Shown here piece after piece: positions 1 to 13,429 of a DNA stretch of 64,000 nt. Under the pieces are notes generated by a model. The model made no database searches. It saw nothing but the letters and a program-made list of their open reading frames with translations, and was not told where the DNA came from. The DNA is from the human T2T-CHM13v2.0 reference genome, Homo sapiens, in assembly GCF_009914755.1 (NCBI RefSeq), contig NC_060937.1; one strand, given 5' to 3'. A program made the translations under genes and the position numbers. Each line of letters opens with the position of its first letter. Positions within the stretch are counted from its first letter, which is position 1.

Positions 1-379
1 AGTAATGTTACTCAATTGCAAAGCAAAATATCAGTTGGCATCTAACACCTGTGACAGTAATTGCTCAACACTGTTGGTATTATGTCATATCCAGCAGACA
101 CATCTGATAAAGTAATTCTGCCAAACACATCTTTTGCTCTTTGCAAGTATGATATTAGTCATTAAATATTTATGATTGTGATAGTTTTACAAACCTCTTG
201 ATAGTAGTATCAATTTTATGTTTCAGTTGTGTTTTTAATAAGAAGTTCAACTCAATGATATCTCAATCGTCTCTTATCATTAGCAACAACATTCATAAAC
301 ATAACTCAGGACATTCCCTTTTGTTGCCATTTTTTATGCAGTGCCCACAGATCTGACCCTGCCTCAGCTCGAAGGGTAG

Positions 380-596
380 AGAGTGGTTCTCATCCTGGAT
401 ACATATAGAATCTGGGGACCTTTTAGAAAAAACTCTGATGCTGGCATCCTATCAAGGACCACTCCCCACCCCTGTCCCACCCACAAGCCTTTCAACACAC
501 ACATCTCTCAGAAATGCTGGATGTAGAATCCACATATGATATTTTTTCAAATTCCCTAAGTAATTCTAATATACAGCCAGGGTTAAGAATCACTAA
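380..596. mobile_element. MER5-type hAT-Charlie MITE (degenerate)
   Basis: Ends gtggttctca... and ...gggttaagaatcact resemble MER5 termini; internal tagaatc...ctgatgc...aattccctaagtaattctaat. Confidence 0.55.
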
Positions 597-829
597 TCTT
601 TACCATGTAAATGGCAGAATTCCATCCCTGCCACAATAGTAGAGTGAGTTCAAGACACAGTGACAACCTTGAATTTTATTTAATGACTATGTGAAGGTAA
701 GTTCTCTTTCTTTCACTGTATGTAAAGGAGAAACCATAGAAGTCCCCTTGATTCTGGCATATACACTGTGACTGCGAGGAAGAATAAGGCAGAGTAGAAG
801 GTCAAAAGGTAAGTTTTTGCAGCTAAGTG

Positions 830-1295
830 AATTGCTGAGTGAAGTCTGGCTTGAAGCTGCTCTCTATCTTTCCAGACTTCATAAATACTCCTGTTTCCAT
901 GGTGAGACAACCACAGACACAGACCACTCAGATCTCCTTCAAGACAATCTGCTACAGAGAGCAGAGTTAACTATTATAACAGCCTCAGGTGCTGTCCCTT
1001 TGGATGCACGAGGACATTCGTCCCCTGGGGTGCTACCAGCTGTGACTGAACATGGTGAAGGTATGAATGTTGGTCTATTCCTGCCCAATGCAGGACCCTT
1101 CCAAAGGTATCCTCAGCTTGGGGACACATCACTGGCCTGGCTAAAACTCTCTTAATGTTATGCTGGAACCTAGACTCCTACCCGATTCTTCCTTCTCTTT
1201 CTCCTTTCATAGGGTCAAAACTACATGTATCTAATAAATTCTTTGCATATCTAATCCTGTCTTGGCATCTGCTTTCTGGAAGACCTGAACTAATA
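830..1295 (+). mobile_element. Old ERVL-class solo LTR (MER74/MER54-like)
   Basis: 3' end ctaataaattctttgcatatctaatcctgtcttggcatctgctttctggaagacctgaactaa matches the recalled terminus of this LTR group. The 5' boundary is approximate. Confidence 0.5.
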
Positions 1296-1339
1296 AAGAT
1301 GGATTTTCTATTACTTTTGACCAAAAGTATTCTGACTGC

Positions 1340-1715
1340 ATTACGTAGAATACAAACTCGGCTGCTGTAATGAAAGACAAGTAAGAGGGACTTCAAGATA
1401 CAAGTTTATTTCTCACGCAAGAAGCATGCAATTTAAGAAGCTGATGAGGCAGTTCATGGTGTCAGAGACCCAGCCTATTCCCATCTTATGATTCTGCCAT
1501 TCTCAGTACACAGTCTCCAACTTATCTCTGTGATGACTTCTTTAGTTTCTGCTTCCACATATTCATTCCAGCCAGCAAGCTGGGAAGAGAGAAGGACAAA
1601 TGGAAAGGTACACCCTTTCCCTTTAACAGCAAGATTCCAAAGTGGCACCTATCACTTAAGTTCACATGGCCACATCCTGCTGCAATGGAAGCTGAGAAAG
1701 GGAATCTTTAGCTGC
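1340..1715. mobile_element. MLT1-type MaLR LTR (old)
   Basis: Motifs tttatttctc, tctgccattctcag, attccagccagca, tcacatggccacatcctgctgcaatggaagctgagaaa typical of old MLT1 LTRs. Confidence 0.55.
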
Positions 1716-2282
1716 ACGATCATGTCACGAACTAAAACTAAAACTAAAACAAATGAAGTAGGGATATTAGGAAATTACCACCAGTCTCTCTACTACTATT
1801 TGCAATAAGTCAAAAGAGTTAATCAGAGAGACCAATAGGTTCTGTCCAAAAATTATTCAAAAGCTTCAATGACTGCATGTTATTAGACCAAAATTTCAAA
1901 ACAGACATCAGGAATATGTTTGAATCCATTGCTGACATTTTTTAAAAATACAATTCACTATTTTTCTATTGCCATGCACAGCCTTTAAAAAGATAATTGC
2001 TAAGAATATAGTGATATTTTGTGACAATCATAATCACTCTCCTATTTAAAATATATATCAGCTTTTCTCCTGAAACTACAAAATCCTTTATCTCTACAAA
2101 AGCACTCAACCATAAGATCAGAAACCACCAATAATTCATGGGCCACACTTTGCAAAGCAGTGGTATAATATTATTTTAATTCTAGAAATATATACTTAAA
2201 AAGAGAAAAGAAAGAAAAAAGAAGGAAAAGAAAACAGAAGAAAAAATAACTCTGGATCTTCAAATGAAAAGTTAGCAAGTAC

Positions 2283-2364
2283 CTGGAGTTGACATCTCCA
2301 TGTCCTAGCTGCCCATGCTGCCCATAACCAAATGTATAGACATCTCCATTTTCCATTAAAACCA
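2283..2364 (-). CDS. MYCBP2: MYCBP2 coding exon (approx. exon 20), 82 nt, (V)VLMENGDVYTFGYGQHGQLGHGDVNS(R) (RCC1 repeat)
   Basis: ORF 2171..2374. Acceptor ttggttgcag|TG, donor CCAG|gtactt. RCC1 motif VYTFGYGQHGQLGHG. The next exon was not found within the window. Confidence 0.97.
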
Positions 2365-3266
2365 CTGCAACCAAAACACACAGCTTTATTTTTTCATTAT
2401 ATGCATTTTACATTTCTATCACAACTATACTAAAAGCAGTGTAATTTTCACTATTTAAGATTTATAGAACCATTAAAAATAGGTAACTGAAGGACAAATT
2501 TGTATTTAATGAGAAATTAATTTTAGTTCTGAAAAATATTTTTGTAGGTCATATAAATGTATAATTTTTTCATAATACACACTTAAAAATTCGTATAAAT
2601 GCCATTTAATAACATTAATTCTTATTAACACACTGGTTCAGGTCAACTGTAAAATCTTCTTAATAATGAGTAACTACATATAAAATATTGTTCTCTCCTA
2701 TCTAGGATAGGAGGTCTGCACAATTACGTACAACATCAATGAAACAGCAGAACTTTAATGTCTGTTAATACCTTATCAAATAATCTTCAAGGAAGGAATT
2801 TAACATTTTTGTTTTTATAAAGGTTGAACAGTACAGCAAAAGCTAACCCAAATGCCAATAATTTACTAAGAATTTAATTATTTTCTACATTTTAAGAAAG
2901 TAAATTTGTTGACATACATTTATCACTGAACATTAACAAAATATGGGAACATGTTACAAAAACCACAGCATTCTAGAACTGAAAGAGATTTAAAGGATTA
3001 TTTCATCTTCCAGACTGTCTTGAATTATAAAAGAAGTCCACAGGAAGACAGACTAGAAGTTAGATCTCTAGACAAGTACCTGTTCCATCATGCCATAGTT
3101 GTTTAAAGAGATTCTGTAATAAATACAAAGGTCTTACAGATTTGAGAGACTGCCACGCTACAGCTTTTAACACACAGTTAACAGGCTATGTTCATCAAAT
3201 CTGAAGAAATAAGTTACTGAGCACAATTGTAAAAACGCAGTTATACCCTAAAGTTCCAGCCGCTAC

Positions 3267-3386
3267 CTGAATGGTGAAATCCACAGCTGACTTGGACTGC
3301 CCGGAGCTCACAGTCAAATCGCACAGAGCCTGGAGGGTATGTTGTGATTTTGCTTGCATCCTTTTCGCCTCTTTCTCCACTTCCAT
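3267..3386 (-). CDS. MYCBP2: MYCBP2 coding exon (approx. exon 19), 120 nt, (D)GSGERGEKDA...SCGFHHS
   Basis: Manual translation GSGERGEKDASKITTYPPGSVRFDCELRAVQVSCGFHHS (the ORF track shows a different frame). Acceptor acttgcag|AT, donor TCAG|gtagcg, phase 1-1. Confidence 0.96.
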
Positions 3387-5295
3387 CTGCAAGTGTTATA
3401 ATTTGTGAATTATGATTAAGCCATTATTCATCTTCAAAATAAAAATTTAAATCAGTTTATTATGGAAGAACAAGAGAAAAATGTTAAAAGGAACAAGCAA
3501 GAAGAATCTGTAGCTGTTAGAAGTGATAGATCAAGAATCTACCTGCAAAGAAGGAATTTTGAAAAGATAGACTATATACTTCCATTTGCAAATATCACTA
3601 AATTAATAAAAACAGAGATAAGATCTGGTTATGGATAAAACCTTATGTAATAAACGGGTCATTAAGTTATAGAAATAACAAAATTTAAAATGTAACAGTT
3701 TATATGGGAAAATTTAGTTTCCATAAAAAATTACTGCATGCAAAGTCATTTAACAATTATTTTAAACTTAGTGATATTGTTAGTACTAGCCATTTTTAAA
3801 AAATTGCTAATGGATTCACAAGTGACTTAGATTTCCTAAATAGATCTTAGAAAGGCTACACTGCCCATAAGTATTTTGAAACTCAACTGAACTTTTCAAA
3901 ATGTATAAAGACCAAAGAGCTTTATTCAATATATTGCAGTTCAATGGCCTATTCTTATTCATGTTTCCTGTGCCACCATCACCTTCAGCCATATTGCTTT
4001 GTGGTTTTCTCCCTGTCCCCAATCACTACCCTCAACCAAACCTTTTTTCTGCTTTCACTCCTTCTTTCCTCCTCCCTTCTCACAATTTCCTTCATTGAGC
4101 TTGCTTTAAGCCTTTTCTTTACCCTTGGCTTTTGCAATCCAACTTTGAATTTTCCAACAATCTAACCATAGCATCAAAAACCACATTCCAGAATATAAAA
4201 ATTTTTGTTTGGAATGTGTAAATAACAACAACTTACTTTTTCTAATCACAATGTACTTCTATACATCACTAACATATGACCTTTATATCATCAAGATTCA
4301 AATTCCTTGTACACAGAATAAATGTAAATCTGGAAGGAATTTCACAAGTTCAACTAGTCTAAACCACTCTCAAGTGGTATAGCAACTCTAAACAAGTGTG
4401 TATTATATGAAGATACATATGTGAATCTACAGACACACACTTTCTATCCTGTATTTTCATTGTGCATTTTAGAATGTTAAACAGAATAATATTAAATCAT
4501 TTTGTGTTTATTCTTTTTTTACCTAACCTTTAGTAACATCCAGGTGAGACAAAATCTACCTACATTATTACTTTCCTTTCCGTAACTAAATGCCTATAAT
4601 TTCAAGAAGACTGAAACTCTTTACGACACTAGGACAGTAAAACCTCACTAATTCGGAATAACATAGAACAGGTAGGCCTGTGTGGCTTACTGGAAACGTC
4701 TTAATCATACAGAACACTGAAGTAAAAATTCAGTTTTGTTACCTTCAAGCAGTACAGATTACAGATTAAACTAAATGCTACAATAAATAGAGTGTGGTTA
4801 CCTACATTATATTTCAAAATAGGCCAATATTACATTTAAAATGTACCATAAACATAAAAGTCCTTTAACATACAAGAATTAACTGCTGGACCCAGAGGCT
4901 GAAGGCACGTTGAAGGAATCCTTCATTTCTTGAGCCCTTGGTTTGAAAAGCTAGTGATTTTAGACAGGTTTCCCCTTATAAGTATGACCCTGAAAATTCA
5001 GAGGAAGAAATTATTTTGAATTTTTTACTCAAAAAAGATCACAAATACTGCATCTCAAATATCATAAATTCAGAATTAGTGAGAGGTTTTACTATAATAG
5101 GATGAAGATATAATTCCTCTTCTGCTAAATTATCTAATGTGGGTTTGCCAAATTAAATCAAAGAATGGATGGACTAAAAAAAAAAAAAAAAAACCAACAA
5201 CATTTAGTTTCACTCCATCCAAAATAAAATATACTCAGTTCAAAGCCTCCTCATGTTGGAAAGATAGTGGAATGGTAAAATATATGCAAAAGCCT

Positions 5296-5306
5296 ACACA
5301 CACACA

Positions 5307-5350
<44 letters not shown>
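5296..5350. repeat. (CA)n microsatellite, about 27 units, one TA interruption
   Basis: Read directly from the sequence. Confidence 0.97.
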
Positions 5351-5352
<2 letters not shown>

Positions 5353-6056
5353 TACATATCTTCCAAAGGCTATTTAATAAGACGCCAGATGTAAAGAAAT
5401 TTTACGGCTTTATCTCAATTGGTAAAAATGTCTAATTATTAAAACCAAATGAGATTTAACATAGAAAATACATTGTGTTCATATGATTCTGCCAGACTTA
5501 ATTAAACATTTCAAGTATCATTCCACTTTATATAAATGTATTGATGCCTAGTTATAAGGTTTTACCTTTGAATTTAGCATTTTGTCTCCTCCCTTGAGTA
5601 GGAGATTAAATATAGGCATAAATCCCACAATAGAGACATAGCATCAAGGAAGGAGATTATTTTTAAAGGTTGGTAATTTAGTGAATACAACCACAATGAC
5701 TAAAAAAGTAGCAGCTGTTATTTAGAGGTCAAAATAATACTAGAAACATTTTGTTCATTGAAACAAACTGTAACTGTACAAAACAACTTCTCAATTATTA
5801 TAGACAGTGAAAATCTTACAAGTAAAAAAATTGAGATGAGGGTCTTAATCTTTATCAGCAGCAGTGGCAGAATTAAAATATATATTTTATATATATATCT
5901 GTATATGGTATTTGATATCAAAAAATTGAGTATAATTCCTATAACTCAGACATTAACCAAAGTTTATCAAAGAAAAAAGGCACTTAATAAGTGGCCAAAA
6001 ATTTAGTCCAAATTCAAGAACCAGCAAGTGAATTCAGCAAGATTAATTCTGCTCAA

Positions 6057-6409
<353 letters not shown>

Positions 6410-6522
6410 TTAGATCTATATAAAAAATTAAACATTGTCAATAAAAAATTGACAGATGTGAATAATCTTATAATTGGCCATTTAAGTATGAGCACATCTG
6501 TATTTTCCCTAAGATGAATATG

Positions 6523-6523
<1 letters not shown>

Positions 6524-6563
<40 letters not shown>
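6524..6563. repeat. (TG)20 microsatellite
   Basis: Read directly from the sequence. Confidence 0.97.
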
Positions 6564-6567
<4 letters not shown>

Positions 6568-6909
6568 CCATGTAACACTGAAACTACAGTAGCTACAAAG
6601 CCTTGGCAACTATGTAACTAAAATATTATATGTATGTACACATTATATATAATTATATACACATATTTGTATACACAGAGAAAAAAGAGGGTTCAGTATC
6701 TAAGGGACTCTAACTTCTAATTTTAATTTTTACTAAAATCTATACTTTTGGAGGGTAATCCTACAGTCATGCATATAACAGAAACTACCACAGAACACAG
6801 TGAGTACTTGGAGCAAAATCATTAAAACAAATCAGCAAGGACAAAAGTAGTTGCAATTTACTAAGCACTTGCTGTGTGCTAACTGAACACTGTAAACAAT
6901 TAAATACCA

Positions 6910-7660
6910 CAGTGGATGAGTGCTTGGGAGTACTGGAACTTAAGAACTTGGACTGGAATCTTGGCTCTTCTCATTTGCTAGTTGTATGACAACTGGACAC
7001 TGGACCTTCTGGTCCTAGCTTTCCTATCTATAATATAGCAACAATGATATGTAACTCATCAGGTTCCTATGAGAATTAAATAAAATATGAAAAGTGCTCA
7101 ATCAATATTTACTATTGTTACTTTCTTTAATGAATAAAGCAATCTGATAATATAGGTATTCTTTGTCCATCTTACAGATGAAAAAACTAAGGCTTGAAGG
7201 GTTAAGGGGTTAAGTAACCAGCCCAAAATCATAAATGGTAGGACAAATTTAGAGTTTAATCATAAATAAGGCTCATGCATTTTACCACCACCAAATGGTT
7301 GAAATCTTAAATCCTTTGTAAAAATAAACTATGCATTTAATAAATCTCAAATATTGTACCTTTAAGATAATTCTGAAAGAGAAAACAAATAATTCAATTC
7401 AAAATATTAAAGCTAGTATTCATGGAGGATTTATATGTGCAAAGACTACATATGTGGGTGTGCAAAGACTACACACATATATTTTAATCTTCATAGCAAC
7501 ACAATCAGTTAAGAATTACTATTCTTGTTTTTAAAATAAGAAAACTGAAGCCAAAGAGATTAAGACATTTTGCACAGCCATGTAGTTCTAGTAAATGACA
7601 AATTCAGAAATAAAATTGAAGCCTAATTCCAAAGGCTATAATATTTTCATCACACTGCAC
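6910..7660. mobile_element. Cluster of degenerate MIR SINE fragments
   Basis: MIR core-like motifs: ggaatcttggctct...gctagttgtatgac, catcttacagatgaaaaaactaaggctt, aagaaaactgaagccaaagagattaag. Boundaries approximate. Confidence 0.5.
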
Positions 7661-8278
7661 CATTTCCAAACAGAAAGTAAGAGTAAAATAGACTCAGATG
7701 TTTATCAGTGTGCCTTCAGATTTTCAAATCAGTCATTTTAAAATAGATTTTAGGACTATCTCTAGAACAATTCAGATGTTCCTAACTATGTACACTATTA
7801 ACACATTTTTCTGTGTAAGGTACTGAATAGCTGAAACAAATGTTAATTCTGTTTCGAATATAGTTTATAGGCACATTTTAGAATAATTTACTGTATTTTA
7901 TATGGAATTTTACTTATTGATTCAGTCTATATACTCTGCTTTGCCTTTAGTCAATATCTGCCTGTATAGGATGAATTCTGACCTTCTCTGAATTTTCTCC
8001 AATCACCCAGAAGTTCTCCAACTTTCCATCTTAGAACTTAGTCCTGTTAACAATAAATCCACAGTTCTTACTCTCCTTACACCCTCACAAAAAAGTCACA
8101 GTCTAAAAAATTTTAACTATTACCATCCTATAATTTGTACCAACATAATTAAATGTAGGATAGAACATAGCAATCAATACCATAAACTTCTCAGTAGATA
8201 AACTAGAAGATAAACTGGGTAAGGTGAAGAGAAAAATATATGTAGAAAAAATACTTATTAAAAGACTGAAAATATGTA

Positions 8279-8786
8279 CAGGTTGAGCATCCCTTATTTG
8301 AAATGCTTGGGACCAGAAGTGTTTTGGATTTTGGAGTTTGTTCAAATTTTGGAATATTTGCATATACATTATGAGATATCTTGGGGATGGGACCCAAGTC
8401 TAAACATGAAATTCATTGATATTTCATATACAAATTACTCACATAGCCGAAAGATAATTTTATGCAATATTTTAAATAATTTGGTGCATGAAAATTTGTA
8501 TCCCTGCACTATCAGAAAGCAAAGGTACCTCAGCCACCCAGCCACCCACGTAGACAAACTGTGATTGGCGTCACCATCATGCTGTGCATGGAAAAGCTTT
8601 ATCATAGCTGAAGAGGGCTGAGAGGATTGCTTTCACTTTAGGACACTGAATAAGCTGTGTGCTGGGACTGCAACCTGTCACAGGAGGTCAGGTGTGGAAT
8701 TTCCCACTTGGGGGCTTCATGTTGGTGCTCAAAAAGTTTCAGATCTTGGAGCATTTCGAATTTTCAAATTAGGGATGTTCAACATG
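8279..8786. mobile_element. Tigger4/Zombi (MER46-type) TcMar DNA transposon derivative
   Basis: TIRs caggttgagcatccct ... agggatgttcaacatg, preceded by TA; internal gaaatgcttgggaccagaagtgtttt. Confidence 0.85.
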
Positions 8787-9127
8787 TCGTAAAAGTAAAA
8801 GCAGTGAATGGAGAGATAATTAAATGACAAGACAGTGAGTGTAAATGGTTAGTGGCTGGAGGGAAATTAGTGAGCAGTAAATTAATACTCTTCACAAAAA
8901 AATAGGGTACCAATTGATAAATTATTATTTGCATTGTAAATGTATTTGGGGAGTAAAAAGATAAAACTATCTCACTCTATAAAACCCTAAAATCCAATAA
9001 AACTGGTCCTACACTGTGATATTACAAAGTAGGTCCTTACAGAGTGGTTACAAGTATACAAAGAAACTTGTTATAAAGTAACCCCATGACAAGCAAACTT
9101 GAAGACTAGCTATCATTGAATAACTTG

Positions 9128-9381
9128 TTTTTTCACTGCAACCTCTGCCTCCCAGGCTCAAGTGATTATTGTTCTCATGCCTCAGCTTCCTGAGTACCTG
9201 GGATTACAGGCATGTGCCACCACACTGGGCTTATTATTGTTATCATTATTATTTGTATTTTTAGTAGAGATGAGGTTTCGCCATGTTAGCCAGGCTGGCC
9301 TCGAACTCCTGACCTCAAGTGATCCACCCCCTCAGCCTTCCAAAGTGCTGCAATTACAGGCATGTGCCACTGCGCCCAGCC
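9128..9381 (-). mobile_element. AluS-type lacking its 3'-terminal ~55 nt
   Basis: Reverse Alu from tcactgcaacc to gcccagcc, flanked by tca(t/c)tgaataa. Confidence 0.9.
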
Positions 9382-10991
9382 TCACTGAATAATTTCTATA
9401 GCCAATCATTATGTGACATTGGGAAAAGTTTGCTTTAAATATGTAACCTTGGTTTTCATTTAACGTTTCATTTAAAAATCTGGAAAGGGTAAAGATACTT
9501 GTCCATGAGATACTAACATGGAGCTGAAAAGGTTTTAAACTGTTTCATGAAATGTGAATATTTAACCTCAGTTAAACTATTGGGAAAACTTCACTTTCAT
9601 ATATTTGGGGGAAGAAAGAAACTGAAAAAATCTGTTCTAATTGTGACATAGTAGAAATCATAAAAGATCAGACATTCTGGCAAATAACAATTTCATTGCA
9701 TACCCCAAATATTATTCCTTATATATGTATCTTTTCTTTTTGGAATCAGCTGTCTTAGGTTGAAAATTCCTTAAATATTTATGGCATTGTTAGAGCACTC
9801 AGTAAATAAAGTAATCACAAATTTTACTGTGGTTAATTGCATTAGATTTAAAACACTATTTTTATTTCTGCAGAGTATATCTTAAGTTGTGCTCTATTTA
9901 CACCTTTACTAAAGATGAGTTTTGTCTATTTTGTTTATGTTTTTGTTTTGAGTGGCAAACTGACAGACTGAAAGAGGCAAATAAAAATAAAGTGGATTAT
10001 ACTATATTGCCTATGAAATTTTTTTAAATTAGACTATGACAATTTTGCAGCAAAAAAAAGAAAAGGATCCAAACATTAATTAGATTAATTTGTCTACATG
10101 GAAAGCATGTTTTTAAAACTTCCTATTCTATTTTGCAGGACCTATCTTAGGCATTTAAGAAAATGGGAGTTTTAAGTTGTGCTAGCTAAGGAAGAACACT
10201 GGTTCAAAGGCCAGGATACAAGGCAAAAATTTTATATAAATTTATAAATTCCTTGTATTAAATTCTTTCCTGATCTTAGCTGACCCATAATTTGTGGTTT
10301 ACAAGAAAATAAGCATGCTTTAAGAATATATTTAATTAACCCAGAACTCTGAGATCTCAAAGGACAACACCGAGCTAGATTCCTACTTCCTCACAGACTA
10401 GGATAGCCCTCTGACCATCACCAGGGACTAGAGAAAGTCTTCATGATTCGTGCTTTGCTTGCACTTATCTCTACTTAACCCACAACCATCAAATATTTGT
10501 ATATTCATTTGTTGTTTATATAAACTTAATTAATAAACAGTGGAAAAGTGTAATGGCAGTCTTATTATCATCATTTAATATACTGAATTTAGTAATATTG
10601 TTTATCCTAAAGCATATAAACAGCATTCAAAAAAGAATTGTAAAAGGCCAGATCACAGTCATTAAAGAGCAAATAATAAAGGATGTAAGACAGAAAGCAA
10701 TAATTATTTTTTCCACCTTCCCTTAACTTTTTGAAATTTGAAAAGAAATGGACAAGGAAAAGATATATTGTAAAATATCTCCTTTATGAAAGCTAACGAC
10801 AACAAAAAAACAAGAAGCATGACAGTCACTGACAAACGGTATCACTTTCAGAATGTTCTTTCTCCTCAGGCTACATCATGATAGAAGCAAAGTAGAAGAA
10901 TCAGGTTTGTGCATTTTCCCAGAGACAAAATTCAAATGAGTGGAAGAAATTGGGAAAGTATCCCACCTAGGTGATAAGGAAGACCAAATAC

Positions 10992-11099
10992 CTTTGTGCT
11001 TGTCCCGTTTATGCTTTAGCTGTGCTGGATGGGATCTGAGTCTGGCTAGAGCCTGTTCTCGATGGTTCATAAAAATAGGACCAGCAAATACAAGGGGGC
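10992..11099 (-). CDS. MYCBP2: MYCBP2 coding exon (approx. exon 18), 108 nt, (G)PLVFAGPIFM...KRDKHK
   Basis: Core of ORF 10876..11187. Acceptor ttctcctcag|GC, donor AAAG|gtattt, phase 1-1. Confidence 0.95.
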
Positions 11100-11696
11100 C
11101 TGAGGAGAAACATTTTGTATGTGCATAGAAAAACTCACAAAATGAAAACACTATAATGAACAAAAAATAATTCAAACTAAAAAGCATAAAAATTTATTCT
11201 TAACGGTTTTGGACATTATACTTTTCTTCCAATTTCCCCACTCCAGCCCCCCACCCCCACCCATAACCTAATCACCATTTCACATAAAAGTTAATATCTT
11301 AAATATAATTTATAAAGTACAAAACCCGTCTTGTATACTCATAAAATTATTGTGTAGTTACTAATAGTCTCAAATAGATAATCAAGAAGTTCAATTTAAA
11401 TCAATCAAATTATCTTACAAATACTTTTTTAATATCATATATATTCAAAGTCAGTAAACCATGTATTCGTTGAAGACAGATATCTTTTCCATTGAAACAT
11501 AAAAACTAATTTTTAAATTAACCATTAAGTTTTAACAAGCTCTTCCAGGTTTAATATTTGTATTAATCTTGCTACAAAACCAAAATAAAAATGTTACCGA
11601 GTTTACTACAAATCATAAATAGAGGTTAAGAAAACCAGATGATCAAAAACAAAACAAAAATGTCTATATTCTGCATATAGATATATGTATACACAC

Positions 11697-11735
11697 AGAG
11701 AGAGAGAGAGAACGAGAGAGAGAGAGAGAGAGAGA
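11697..11735. repeat. (AG)n microsatellite, interrupted
   Basis: Read directly from the sequence. Confidence 0.9.
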
Positions 11736-13429
11736 AAGGAGCTTGGGCTTTATATTGATGGTAAAGGGGGCACCTAACCCAAATAACATTTTGGAAACAT
11801 CTTTCATTAAATCATTTCTTCTAAAGTGCCACTATGTACATATATATATACATATATAAATACATACCCACACAGATTATAGCTCTTTCCACTTATATGG
11901 TATTTAAGGAAAAAATATACAGCCAAATTTATTTTAATAAAATAAAATAAATCATTTTTCCCATTAACATTTATTTACCTTGAAAAGAAAAATAAATTTT
12001 AGTTACAACTTAAAATTTTAGGTTTTTTTCTTATACAGCAGAACTATAGTTTCCTTGAGTTTTAACAACATCAAAAATGTCTTCAAATTTGAAAACACTC
12101 TAAATTTGACAGGTTACCATTAACTGAAACAGGAATTATGACACTATATAAGCACTGAACATTTTTATTTAAAACAAGTTTTTTCATGATTCTCTATTGA
12201 TCTTCAGTTTAATTTTTCTAATGATGGGACAAATTGAGCCTACTGCCCTCTAATAAAATTTCATAAATGTCAAATTAAATATCAAAGTACCCTTCATTAA
12301 ATGTACAAGTGGGTAAAGGAACCATATTTCAATTATGTTTCTAGATATAAACAAAAATGCAAATACCTCAAATTGTATGAAAAACCATGAATAACATATT
12401 CTATGACTACTACAGATAGAAACATGCTAATTTAATGTTAACAGAAGAATAAGTTCTCAATAATGCAGTACCAATTATTTTCTCAGGCTAAGGTTATGTA
12501 AACTGAGTTCCATTTCTAAAATGTAATAAAATTGATATTTCAAATATGAACAAATATGAACAAAATGCCTTATTTTCTTAACATGCATGATTTCTCAATT
12601 GTTACAAAGCAGATATATAAATTACTATAAAAAGTATTTTCCAACTATATAAAAAAGTTATAGATATTAAGGTAATAATATTGTTATATTACCATTTTCT
12701 GATTTCTATGGTCTGCCTACAATATTGTTTCTCCTCATGAAAATACATCACACCCACACCCGTTTAATGTCTTGCTAAATTCAATCTTTTTAGAATCTTT
12801 TGATTTATAAATCAAGAAGGCACGGGGGCAATCATGTCTAAAAATTAAAGCAATTGGGCTCGAAAATACTATTGTATCCCATGGGCTAAAATAATGTTTC
12901 TTTAAATATAGTTGAGTCACTAATTTATTCACCAAATTTTCTGATTATCTTTTATTTAGCAGACACTAGGTGAAATGAATATAATGACAAAGATACAGGT
13001 CTCACTGGAATTCAGTCCACTAGGGAAAAAAACAGAAATAAAAACACAAACTATGAAATATTACAATAAATGCTATAAAAGAAATCTATACACATTATGT
13101 CCTGAAGTAAGAAAAGATACTAAATAAACTCAGGACAATCAGCAAGGTTTCAAAGAATGACAAAAAGTTTAACAAGAGAAAAGGAAAGGAAGAGAGGGCA
13201 TTCCAGTTAAAAGGAATAGGATATAAATTAGGATTTTATAAAAGCATAAAGATATTAAACAATATTGTATAGTCATTAAAAATACATGTAGCTGACTTTT
13301 ACAGAGTATATGTGATGGAGCAAAAGTCTTGGGAAATTTGCTTGGAGAGGTATGCAAAAAAACAGATAATTAAAACCTTTTTATACCACAAAACTTCATT
13401 CTAGAGATGATAAGTCCCTAACCTGCTTT

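Noticed and set aside
3195-3392. ORF-track peptide MQMEVEKEAK... overlapping exon 19
   Set aside because: Wrong frame; splice phase and the RCC1 motif (VSCGFHHS) define the true frame.
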